The notes under the pieces are model-generated. The model was not told the origin of the DNA. It did not search any database and worked only from the letters and a program-made list of their open reading frames with translations. Source: a virus. Taken from it: a stretch of 64,000 nt of DNA. Made by a program: the position numbers and the translations under genes. Where the stretch lies: positions 35,862 through 99,861 of IMG/VR virus record IMGVR_UViG_3300050821_016057; one strand, given 5' to 3'. Shown here piece after piece: positions 55,814 to 64,000 of the stretch; position 1 is the stretch's first letter; every line of letters begins with the position of its first letter.

Positions 55814-56238
55814 TGGCTTCGGGCAAAGCGCAGTACTGGTCGTGGCGGCTGCTCAACATGCTGAACGGGGCGACCGGCACGATCGCCACCCCGCTCTTCC
55901 TGGCGCTCTACACGGTCGCGCCCACGCTCACGACGGCGGGGACGGAGGTCACGAACGCGGGCTCGTACGCGTCCTTCTCGATCACCGGCAACACCACCAA
56001 CTGGCCCACCATCTCGTCGGGCTCGACGATGTCGAGCGGGACGATCTTCTTCGGGGTGACGGCGGCCACCGCCGACTGGAGCAGCGCGGCCAACATCGTG
56101 GCGGCGGCGCTCAAGGACAGCGGCACCAACGGGGCGGGCAACCAGTACTACTTCGGCGCGCTCACCGAGGCGAAGCCGGTGCTCAACGGCGACACGCCGA
56201 GCTTCGCGGTCGGAGCGGTCACGATCCAGGAGTTGTAA
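55813..56238 (+). CDS. Phage tail-associated protein
   Basis: LALYT..PT...GTEV...SYA, ATADW, GALT..K.V..GDT.SF..GA.TI. Confidence 0.75.
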   Translation: MASGKAQYWSWRLLNMLNGATGTIATPLFLALYTVAPTLTTAGTEVTNAGSYASFSITGNTTNWPTISSGSTMSSGTIFFGVTAATADWSSAANIVAAALKDSGTNGAGNQYYFGALTEAKPVLNGDTPSFAVGAVTIQEL

Positions 56239-56241
56239 GCC

Positions 56242-56595
56242 GTGTCCGGCCTCAAGTACGTCGACCGGGTGCAGGAGACGTCCTCGACGTCGGGCACCAG
56301 CGACTTCGTGCTGGCGGGCGCGGTCACCGGCTACCAGGCGTTCTCGAGCGCGTTCGTGACCGGCGAGCAGGCCTACTACTCGGCCAACGACGGCACCAAC
56401 TGGGAGGTGGGGCTGGGCACGTACACGCTCGGTACCACCACGCTGGCTCGAACGCAGGTCCTCTCCTCGAGCGCGGGAGGGACCACCAAGGCCAGCTTCT
56501 CCGGCACGGTCAAGATCTGGGTCGACATGCCGGCCGAGGTCATCGCGGATCGGGCCATGACGACCGCGTTCGCAAGTCACGTCGTCCCGCAGTGA
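56242..56595 (+). CDS. Tail fibre-associated protein
   Basis: DRVQETSSTSGT, GYQAF, WEVGLGTY, LARTQVLSSS. Confidence 0.7.
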   Translation: MSGLKYVDRVQETSSTSGTSDFVLAGAVTGYQAFSSAFVTGEQAYYSANDGTNWEVGLGTYTLGTTTLARTQVLSSSAGGTTKASFSGTVKIWVDMPAEVIADRAMTTAFASHVVPQ

Positions 56596-56604
56596 GGTCA
56601 CCCC

Positions 56605-57054
56605 ATGAGTGGTAACGCGCAGCCGCAATTCACTCGGAACGGGAACGTCCAGAGCGTCGCCGTCACGGCGGCTAATACCTCCTCGGAGGGCGGCGGGACG
56701 ATCGGCACGAACATCTTCCAGGCGTTCTTGGCCGACGCGACCAACGGGTCGTTCGTCGACTTCCTCCGGTTCATGCCGACAGCCAGCGCGACGACGACGA
56801 CGACGGCCACGATCGGCCGTGTCTTCGTGTCCTCGCAGTCGGGCACTTCGGCGACGACATCGGCGAACACGTGGTGCATCGGGGAGGTCGTTCTCCCGGC
56901 AGTGTCGGCCGACAGTTCGAGTGCGGCGCTTTCCCCCATCGACTTCCCGCTCGGGTTTCGGCTGCCCGCCGGCTATACGATCCTGGTCACCAACTACGTG
57001 ATCCCGCAGACGAACACGCAGTGGCAGTGCACGGTGTTCGGCGGTGACTATTAG
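56605..57054 (+). CDS. Putative tail structural protein
   Basis: Thr/Ser-rich beta protein ending GGDY. Confidence 0.6.
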   Translation: MSGNAQPQFTRNGNVQSVAVTAANTSSEGGGTIGTNIFQAFLADATNGSFVDFLRFMPTASATTTTTATIGRVFVSSQSGTSATTSANTWCIGEVVLPAVSADSSSAALSPIDFPLGFRLPAGYTILVTNYVIPQTNTQWQCTVFGGDY

Positions 57055-57057
57055 GTT

Positions 57058-58041
57058 ATGCCCGATCCGCTGCTAGGCGCGCTTGGGTTCGCCCCCCGAC
57101 GAGCGAAGGAGCTCACTCTCCTTGGTTCGGTCGGGGCGGGCAACACCATCCAGGGATGGGCGGTCCCGAAGAACGCCTCCATGGTGTTCATGCTCTGCAT
57201 CGGCGGAGGCGGAGGTGGTGGTGGTGGTTTCTCCGCCGCCAGCGGGTCGGCCAAGGCCGGCGGCGCGGGGGGCGGTCCCGGGGCGACTTGCCGGATGATG
57301 ATCCCGGCGTACTTTCTCCCGAAGCAGCTCTACCTGTGGGCCGGGAACGGGGGGGTCGGTGGTTCGGGCAGCGGCGTGGCGGGTGTCGGCGGCACGCACT
57401 CGTTCATCCAGGACACGGGCGGGACGACCGCGGTCAACGGCACGGAGGATCTGATCATCTGCTCGGGGATCAACGTGGCCGGGGGCGGTGGGGCCGGCAC
57501 CGCTTCCTCGAGCACCGGTGGGGTTGCCGAGACCGTGTTCTCGACGGCGGCGTCGACCGTGTACGCGGGGGTCGGCATCTGGCTCGCGCACGCCGGGCAG
57601 TCTGCGGGTATCGCCGGCAACATCACGGGCACGCCCGGCGGCGTCACGTGGGGGGCGCAGGGGAGCAGCAACCCGAGCATCTGCACGGCCGGCGGCGCGG
57701 GGGGCGGGGCGACGGCCTCTAACGCGGCATTTTCTGGGAGCCAGGTATCGCTATTTCAGAACGGGTCGAGCGGCGGCTATACCGCGACGGGGGGCGCGGG
57801 GGTGGCGGGCGGCCCGGGTGGCAACGCGCAAGGCGGTGGGTTTAGGATGGGCGGCCGGACCGGCTTGGGAGGGTGGTGCTTCGGGGGCGGCTCCGGCGGT
57901 GGAGCGTGCGCGACGGCGGGCACGGGCGGTAGCGGGGGCAACGGCGGGCCGGGTTGCGGCGGAGGCGGCGGAGGAGCGGGCGTCACCGGGGGCGCGGGCG
58001 GTAACGGTGGGCCGGGCCTGATCTACATCGCGTGGTGGTAG
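57058..58041 (+). CDS. Glycine-rich tail fibre protein
   Basis: W..P......CIGGGGGGG ... GGNGGPGLIYIAWW. Confidence 0.75.
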   Translation: MPDPLLGALGFAPRRAKELTLLGSVGAGNTIQGWAVPKNASMVFMLCIGGGGGGGGGFSAASGSAKAGGAGGGPGATCRMMIPAYFLPKQLYLWAGNGGVGGSGSGVAGVGGTHSFIQDTGGTTAVNGTEDLIICSGINVAGGGGAGTASSSTGGVAETVFSTAASTVYAGVGIWLAHAGQSAGIAGNITGTPGGVTWGAQGSSNPSICTAGGAGGGATASNAAFSGSQVSLFQNGSSGGYTATGGAGVAGGPGGNAQGGGFRMGGRTGLGGWCFGGGSGGGACATAGTGGSGGNGGPGCGGGGGGAGVTGGAGGNGGPGLIYIAWW

Positions 58042-58044
58042 TCG

Positions 58045-59787
58045 ATGCCCCTCGGGCTAGGACCCATCTCCAACTCCCCGATCGCCGGTCTCTCTGGAGG
58101 AGACCACGGCGGCGCGTTCTACGCAGTCATCGTGGGTGGCGCCACGCTCGTGGAGCTGATGGCGGTCCAGCGCGCGCTCGCCTCGGCGGTGGCCGGGCAA
58201 GCGACGGTCGGCGTGTCGATGAGGGTGAAGCGCGCCCTCGCGACCTCGGTGGCGGGGCAAGCCGCCGTTGCCGACACGATGAGCGTCAAGCGGGCGCTCG
58301 CTGACGCGGTCGTCGGGCAGGCCGCGGTGTCGGCGGCGTTCACGGCCAAGCGCCCGCTGGCCGCGGCGGTGGTCGGGCAGGCGACGGTGGCCGACACGAT
58401 GCGGGTCGCGCGGCCGCTGTCGGCGGCGGTGCACGGGGCGGCGGCGGTCACCGACGCGATTTTGGTCAAGCGTGGGATGGTCGACGCCGTCCTGGGGTCC
58501 TCGGTGGTGGTGGACGCGTTCAACTTGAAGCGCGCGCTGGCCGAAGCGGCGGTCGGCCAGGCGGGTGTGGTGGTCAACTTCACGGCCAAGCGGCCGCTGG
58601 CCGCGGCGGTCGCCGGGGGCGCGGTCGTCTCCGACGCGATGGCGGTCAAGCGGGTGATGTCGGTGCCGACCATCGCCGGGGCGGCCACCTTGTCCCCGGT
58701 GCCCATGCAGGTGAGGCGGGCGCTCCTCGAAGCGGTGTCGGGCGCGGCCACCCTGTCCCCGATGCCCGTGCGGGTCAGGCGCGCTCTCGCGCTGGCGGCG
58801 GTCGGGGACGCCGCGGTGTCGGCCGCCTGGACGGCCGACCGACTGCTGTCGGCGGTGGTGCTGGGTCGGGCGGCGGTCGCGGACCAGATGGCGGTGCGCC
58901 GGTCGGCGTCCTCCTCGGTCTCGGGGCAGGCCGCGGTGTCGGCGGCGCTCGGCCGGAAGGTCGCGCTCGTCCTGACGGTCGACTCGTTCGCCGTCTTCCT
59001 GGCCGCGATGGACGTGTCGGGCGGTGGGGGCGGGACGGTCGTGTTCGAGATGGACGCGTCGGGCGCGGCCGCGCTCGACCTGGTCGGGGAGGTCCGGCGC
59101 TCGATGGTCGCCCACCAGCAGGGCGCCGCGACGGCGACGATGGGCTGGGGGATGCGGCGGGCGCTGCGGGCGGCGCTGATCGGGGACGCGGTGGTGGGCG
59201 CGCAGCTGGGGGCCGGGCGGCCCCTGTCCGCCTCGGTGGCCGGCCACTCCACGCTGGTCGGGCTGCTGTCGAGGCGCCGGCCGGTCGCGCTCGTCACCGG
59301 GGGCTCGTCCTCGCTCGAGTTCGAGCTGGGGCGGTCCCGGCGGGTGGCCGCGGGGGTGTCGGGGGAGGCGGCCGTCCGGGCCGTCCTGGAGCTGTCCAGG
59401 GGGCTCGGCGCCGGCCTGGTGGGCGAGTCCTCGGTGGGGGCGGCGGTCGCCGTCGCCAAGGGGCTGCGGGCCGGGCTGGTGGGCGGGTCGACCCTGGAGG
59501 CGCTGCTCACCCGGTCGACGCCGTTCCGGGTCGCGATCCTGGCGGGCGGGTCGCTGGAGGCGTTGCTCACGTTCGCGATCCTCGGGGCCGCCGGGTCGGC
59601 GGTGGAGAGCCAGGCCGCGGCCGGTGCCGCGGTGAGCCCCGGCGGCCCCCAGGGCGCGTCCCTGGCCGCCGCCCAGGCCACCGGTGGGTCGTCGCTCGCG
59701 GGCGCGCCCGGGGGCAACGTCGTTGTGGTGGTGGGGCTGGTCGGCGGTATGCTGGTCGTGCCGGTGCCCACCGGGAGGACCCAATGA
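58045..59787 (+). CDS. Ala/Val-rich repeat protein (~20-aa repeats), probable fibre shaft
   Basis: Recurring KR(A/P)L..AV.G.A.V units; LGLGPISNSPIA N-terminus. Confidence 0.7.
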   Translation: MPLGLGPISNSPIAGLSGGDHGGAFYAVIVGGATLVELMAVQRALASAVAGQATVGVSMRVKRALATSVAGQAAVADTMSVKRALADAVVGQAAVSAAFTAKRPLAAAVVGQATVADTMRVARPLSAAVHGAAAVTDAILVKRGMVDAVLGSSVVVDAFNLKRALAEAAVGQAGVVVNFTAKRPLAAAVAGGAVVSDAMAVKRVMSVPTIAGAATLSPVPMQVRRALLEAVSGAATLSPMPVRVRRALALAAVGDAAVSAAWTADRLLSAVVLGRAAVADQMAVRRSASSSVSGQAAVSAALGRKVALVLTVDSFAVFLAAMDVSGGGGGTVVFEMDASGAAALDLVGEVRRSMVAHQQGAATATMGWGMRRALRAALIGDAVVGAQLGAGRPLSASVAGHSTLVGLLSRRRPVALVTGGSSSLEFELGRSRRVAAGVSGEAAVRAVLELSRGLGAGLVGESSVGAAVAVAKGLRAGLVGGSTLEALLTRSTPFRVAILAGGSLEALLTFAILGAAGSAVESQAAAGAAVSPGGPQGASLAAAQATGGSSLAGAPGGNVVVVVGLVGGMLVVPVPTGRTQ

Positions 59788-60173
59788 CCCAGAGCGCGTG
59801 CCAGCCGACCGGCAAGTCGATCTTCAGGATGACGCGGGGCGACACCCGGACGTTCACGCTGACGGTGGTGCTGGCCGGGCAGCGGGTGAACCTGACGGGC
59901 TGCAAGCTCGCCTGGGTGGCCAACAGCTACCACCCGGACGACAACTCGCGGATCACCCACTCGACCGACGACGGCGGGGTGGTGATCTCTTCCGGGCAGA
60001 GCCCCGCGTCCCCGACGACCGGGCAGGCCACGCTGGCGCTCCACCCGCCCGACACCAACCAGTTCGCCAACGAGTGGATCCGGTTCAAGACCAACTGGGT
60101 GCTGACCGACCCGTCGGGCAACGTGACGACGATCGACCGCAACGAAGAGATCCACATGGCGCCGAACGTCTAG
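59784..60173 (+). CDS. BppU-like baseplate/adaptor domain protein
   Basis: MTRGDTRTFTLTV...VNLTG; similar to the N-terminus of 50590. Confidence 0.65.
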   Translation: MTQSACQPTGKSIFRMTRGDTRTFTLTVVLAGQRVNLTGCKLAWVANSYHPDDNSRITHSTDDGGVVISSGQSPASPTTGQATLALHPPDTNQFANEWIRFKTNWVLTDPSGNVTTIDRNEEIHMAPNV

Positions 60174-60193
60174 CTGGTCGTTCGGGCGACTCC

Positions 60194-60203
60194 GCGGCAT
60201 AAG
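60194..60203 (+). promoter_or_regulatory. GCGGCATAAG motif
   Basis: Exact motif; GGAGG RBS and ATG 60224 follow. Confidence 0.7.
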
Positions 60204-60223
60204 GGCCGCCGGAGGAAACGGCC

Positions 60224-60679
60224 ATGCCTCACCTGATGATTCTCTACCTCGTCGGCTTCGTGCGGGCGTGGTGGCCCGGGATCCACGGCGCCCAGGAGCG
60301 CGACATGTGGTCGGTCGCGGCCGAGGTGGCCGCGCTCCCCACCACGGCGGGCAAGAAGCTCCGGCTGATGAACATCGCCGCCATGGAGAGCGGGTTCCGC
60401 CGGGACGCCAGGGGCAAGCTGGGGGAGTGCGGGGCCTGGCAGGTCATGCCCCCCTACCGGAGCTGCGGGGCCGACGAGGCGCTGCGCCGGATGGACGGGC
60501 AGGGGATGGTCGCGTACGTGGGGTGCAGGCGCGCCGAGGACGTGGTGGAGGTCCGGGGGGCGCGGGTCACGTGCGCCCAGATGGTCGCCAACCGGGTGGA
60601 CCGGGCCGACACCTACCGGATGGCGTTCGACCCGCCGGACGAGCCGGCCCCCGACCCCGGCCTGCTGGCCGGCCGGTGA
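60224..60679 (+). CDS. Lytic transglycosylase (SLT-like)
   Basis: IAAMESGF...A.G..GE.G.WQVM; hydrophobic N-terminus. Confidence 0.7.
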   Translation: MPHLMILYLVGFVRAWWPGIHGAQERDMWSVAAEVAALPTTAGKKLRLMNIAAMESGFRRDARGKLGECGAWQVMPPYRSCGADEALRRMDGQGMVAYVGCRRAEDVVEVRGARVTCAQMVANRVDRADTYRMAFDPPDEPAPDPGLLAGR

Positions 60680-60681
60680 GA

Positions 60682-60699
60682 CCCAAACCCGGGTTTGGG
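60682..60699. repeat. 18-bp palindrome copy 16
   Basis: Exact match after the stop codon. Confidence 0.95.
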
Positions 60700-60732
60700 T
60701 GGTAGGGTTGCCGCTGGAGGCGAGGCGCGCAC

Positions 60733-61744
60733 ATGGACCTGATCGTCGTTGAGGACCCGAAGGGCGAGTACTACGAGGGCTCGCTGGTGACCGAGCAGAG
60801 GGCCGCCCAGCTGAGGGCGCGCGGGGTGGCGATGCTGCCCGTGGACCCTCAGCTGTTCAAGCTGTCGGGGGCGGGCGGGTACTTCAAGCGCTCGTGGGGG
60901 GCGGGCTGGCCGCTCGACACCCCCTACCCGGTGATGGCCGCGAAGATGATCCTCTACTGCGACCAGACCCACCTGCAGCTCCACTGGCTGGCCCGGCTGG
61001 CCCCGCAGGAGGACGGCAAGAACCTGGGGGCCGCGCACGGGGCGCTGCGCCTGGCGGCCGACACCGGCCAGCGGGCCAACAACATGAAGCTCACCCCGGT
61101 CGGGATGCCGGTCGACGTGCGCCTGCTGGGCGAGCCGGACGAGCGGGGCGGGTGGACGGTGGGCGGGCTGTCCCGGATCGCCACCCCGGGGGACGGGCAC
61201 TACGGGCTGGCCCTCTACGGGAACGCGCCCGGCCTCACGCTGTTGTGGGCAGCGGTCACCAACACCAAGTAGAGTCGGTGCTATGAAATTCCCCGCGTCG
61301 TTCACCAGGTGGGTTGGTACCGCTCCCGCGGGGGGCAAGGCGCTCGGCACGGCCGACGCCACGCTGCCCACCGGGCGGGCCTCGGCCGAGCTGGACAACT
61401 GCCTGTTCGCCAAGTTCTCGAACATCAACGGGTGGCCGGTCCAGCGGATCGCGGTCACGTACGCGGGGCCGGCGCTCGCGCCCACCGTGACGGCCCGGAT
61501 GTGGTTCTACGAGGACTCGACCGGGCAGTGGTACAAGGTCGGGGCCGACGTGATGATGGCGCCCAGCACGGTCTCGTTCTTCGACGTGATCGCCATCCTG
61601 GAGATGTCCAACACGCTCGCCCAGCTGGACCAGGCGACCTCCGGGAGCGTGGCCCAGTTCCTCCAGGTCGACCTGCCGGGCGGCTCGCCGGCCGACGGCG
61701 CCTACGTGTTCGCGATGGCCCCCGATCTGACCAGCCAGGCCTGA
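60733..61744 (+). other. Two hypothetical CDS (60733-61272, 61283-61744), likely structural
   Basis: Intact ORFs in the tail region. Confidence 0.6.
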
Positions 61745-61793
61745 AGAAACGGGAGACTGGACCGTGGGGGGGTAGCCAGCCCATCATCCGCGG

Positions 61794-63128
61794 ATGGGCG
61801 ACTCGGCGATCAACTTCACCCAGGGGGTGAGCACGGGCGGTCCCGGGGTCGCGCTGATCGGCGTGGACGGGACGCTGGTCGTGGTCTCGAACGGCGACGA
61901 CAGCAACATCGTTAACTGGAAGTTCACGGTGGTCGACGTCGGGTTCGGGAGCGCGGTCTCGCAGGGGGTGGTGCAGAACGGGGGCACCCCCACCTGGTCG
62001 TTCACGCCGGACGTGAGCGGCAGCTACGTGGTCGACCTGGTCACGACCGACAACCAGGGGAACCTGTTCGAGGACCGGCGGGTGTTCGCCGTGCTGGAGA
62101 CGAACGGGCTGCTCATCCCCAGCTTCACGGCCGACGCGGGCTCGCTCAACTTCTCCGGGCAGACCAAGGGGTGGAGCCCGTACCTGAACGCGTGGCTGAA
62201 GCTGGTCCTCTCGGGCGGCAGCGGCACGGTCACGTCGGTCACGGGCACGCTCCCCGTCTCCAGCACGGGCGGCTCCACCCCGGTGATCTCGATCCGGGCC
62301 GCCGCTGCCGGGTTGAGCGGCTCGATGAGCGGGGGCGACTACAACTTCCTCCACTCGCTGTTCCACTACTACGGGCAGCCGGTCCGGTTGAACTTCAGCA
62401 ACACCGGCCAGACGCTCACCCCGGCGGTCAGCGACCAGATGATCAACTGGTTCCTGATCGACGACACGAGCGGGGCGACCGCGTTCGACATGAGCGCGGC
62501 CAACATGCCGGCCGCGTTCCAGGACGGGGCGATCTGGATCCTCCAGGACGACGCCCCCGGGGGCTCGTGGGGGGTGGAGGGGCCGCCCGTCCTGTCGAGC
62601 ACTGACGGGACGCTGTTCCAGGTGCCGGGCACGCCCGACAAGACCTCGACCACGATCACGTGCCCGCCCCTGAACGGCGGGGTGATCGCGCTCGGGTGGG
62701 ACCTCACCAGCACGACGTGGCGCGTCCTCTGGATGTCGGCGGCGGGCAGCCTGACCGTGTCGGTGCCCGGGCCGGCGGCGGGCGTGACCGGCAACCTGCT
62801 GATGGTGCCGGCCCCGCTGGGCCGGAGCGCCACCTACGAGGTCACGGCGACCATGCGGGTCACCTCGACGACGGGCGGCTCGGAGGCGGTGGGCGACACG
62901 TACATGAGCCACGGGGTGTTCACGTGGAAGAACCTCGGGGGCACGCAGTCGGCGGTCCCCAACCAGGCCGGGCAGCCGACCAATAACATCGACACCAACC
63001 TGAACGGCGACCCCACGGCCGGCTTCACCCAGGTGTCGAGCGGGATCGGCTACCAGCTGCCCGCCACGCTGGACGCGTCGACCGTCGTTGAGGTGACCAT
63101 CAGCTACGCGCCCAAGGGGACCACATGA
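61794..63128 (+). CDS. Tail fibre-like protein with PKD/Ig-like domain
   Basis: WSFTPDVSGSYVVDLVTTD; GTVTSVTGTLPVSSTGGSTPVISI..A...SGSMS..D fibre motif. Confidence 0.7.
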   Translation: MGDSAINFTQGVSTGGPGVALIGVDGTLVVVSNGDDSNIVNWKFTVVDVGFGSAVSQGVVQNGGTPTWSFTPDVSGSYVVDLVTTDNQGNLFEDRRVFAVLETNGLLIPSFTADAGSLNFSGQTKGWSPYLNAWLKLVLSGGSGTVTSVTGTLPVSSTGGSTPVISIRAAAAGLSGSMSGGDYNFLHSLFHYYGQPVRLNFSNTGQTLTPAVSDQMINWFLIDDTSGATAFDMSAANMPAAFQDGAIWILQDDAPGGSWGVEGPPVLSSTDGTLFQVPGTPDKTSTTITCPPLNGGVIALGWDLTSTTWRVLWMSAAGSLTVSVPGPAAGVTGNLLMVPAPLGRSATYEVTATMRVTSTTGGSEAVGDTYMSHGVFTWKNLGGTQSAVPNQAGQPTNNIDTNLNGDPTAGFTQVSSGIGYQLPATLDASTVVEVTISYAPKGTT

Positions 63129-64000
63129 GGAAGCTGTTCCTGCTGCTGACGACGCTGCTGGTGGTCGGGTGCCACCGGGCGGCCCCCGAGGTCCTGTCGC
63201 GGGCCGGATCGCCCGCCGTGCTGGCGGCCGGGTTCCCGGCGAGCGTGCCGCTGTCGAGCCTCCAGCAGGGCGGCGCGTCCTCGGCCGACGTGCTGGCGTG
63301 GAACGGGTCCGCGTGGGCCCCGACGGCGGGCGGCACCTTCACGGCGGGCGGCGACCTCTCGGGCACCAGCTCGAGCCAGACGGTGGTCGCGCTCAAGGGC
63401 GGGGTGTGGGCGATCACGACGGGCGGGCCGGGGCTGATCGGCGCCTACCAAAGTGCTGGAGCGTTCGTCACACAGGGGATCCCCACTTCCGACCTGGCCA
63501 CTCAGACGTTCTCGGTCGCCGCGATGTCGGCCTATGCGGGCGCTACAGTCAACACGACGGGCGGTGAGCTCGACCTCTACGGAGGACCAGGGTCAACCAG
63601 CAACGGCACGAGTGGCGATGTTTCGCTCATCGTTAGCCCGCCGAGTGGAAGTGGTTCCGAGGCGTTTGTGACTGTTGATCGAACGAAAGGAACGCATCTT
63701 CTTTGGTTCGGCCCATACCCCTCTGGGGGTGGGTCTACGCTTGGCGCCATTTATTTCGCTGGGAACAACCCTGTCTCCACTCCGAATAACTACGGTTTCT
63801 TGGGCGGGGCCTCTTATTCAATCTTGAACGCGCCGGCTTCGGGGACCGCGTATATGGCGGTCGGAAATTCGTTACTAGTTGCACTGACCACTGCCTCATT
63901 TGCTGTCTCATCTGCGAACGTCACCAACCTGACCAGCACGGGCAACGGCATCTACACGGCCCAGCTCTCGGTCCAGACCACCACCGCGACGCCCAACAGC
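63125..64000 (+). CDS. 3'-truncated tail fibre-like protein with lipoprotein-type signal
   Basis: MRKLFLLLTTLLVVGC; VLAWNGSAWAP; AGGDLSGT...TVVALKG; frame open to the window end (not in ORF track). Confidence 0.7.
   Translation, partial: MRKLFLLLTTLLVVGCHRAAPEVLSRAGSPAVLAAGFPASVPLSSLQQGGASSADVLAWNGSAWAPTAGGTFTAGGDLSGTSSSQTVVALKGGVWAITTGGPGLIGAYQSAGAFVTQGIPTSDLATQTFSVAAMSAYAGATVNTTGGELDLYGGPGSTSNGTSGDVSLIVSPPSGSGSEAFVTVDRTKGTHLLWFGPYPSGGGSTLGAIYFAGNNPVSTPNNYGFLGGASYSILNAPASGTAYMAVGNSLLVALTTASFAVSSANVTNLTSTGNGIYTAQLSVQTTTATPNS

Noticed and set aside
5863-60699. The 18-bp palindromes as a CRISPR array
   Set aside because: Copies are 0.3-7 kb apart and separated by genes, not 30-40 bp spacers; no cas genes are visible.
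607-62912. Long minus-strand ORFs (e.g. 29177-32344, 9227-11584, 50431-52620)
   Set aside because: They are antisense shadows of high-GC3 plus-strand genes, Arg/Pro/His-rich with no motifs.
56605-63128. Diversity-generating retroelement acting on tail fibres
   Set aside because: No reverse transcriptase and no TR/VR pair differing at adenines were seen.

Overview
The window is a segment of a large, very GC-rich (roughly 70% by eye) tailed dsDNA phage genome. Essentially all real genes are on the + strand and many are coupled by ATGA/GTGA overlaps. In order: replication (DnaB, HNH, DnaG); an early operon (DUF932-like protein, tRNA-like element, sigma70-like factor, DNA-binding protein); PolB, SSB-like, RecA, SbcD/SbcC and RuvC; DNA modification and nucleotide genes (multi-TRD C5 methyltransferase, ParB-like, UDG-like, DUF5664, ThyX, Nudix, N6 methyltransferase); UvrD; an ARC/Mpa-like AAA+ ATPase and a distant Ntn/proteasome-like peptidase; terminase; many small hypothetical genes; then lysis and tail/fibre genes. 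No portal, capsid or integrase is visible. The most striking unexplained structure is non-coding: (1) 16 perfect copies of the 18-bp palindrome CCCAAACCCGGGTTTGGG spread along the window, some inside genes; (2) 16 copies of a strand-specific GCGGCATAAG promoter-like motif, half of them 6-8 nt before an ATG (leaderless); (3) two matching sigma70-type promoters, each preceded by a palindrome; (4) a structured leader RNA and a tRNA-like RNA flanking the DUF932 gene; (5) a perfect 30-bp inverted repeat 1.3 kb apart; (6) a 326-bp IS1595-type mini-element carrying a passenger gene. Protein calls come from motif recognition only; no database searches were run. The host is uncertain.
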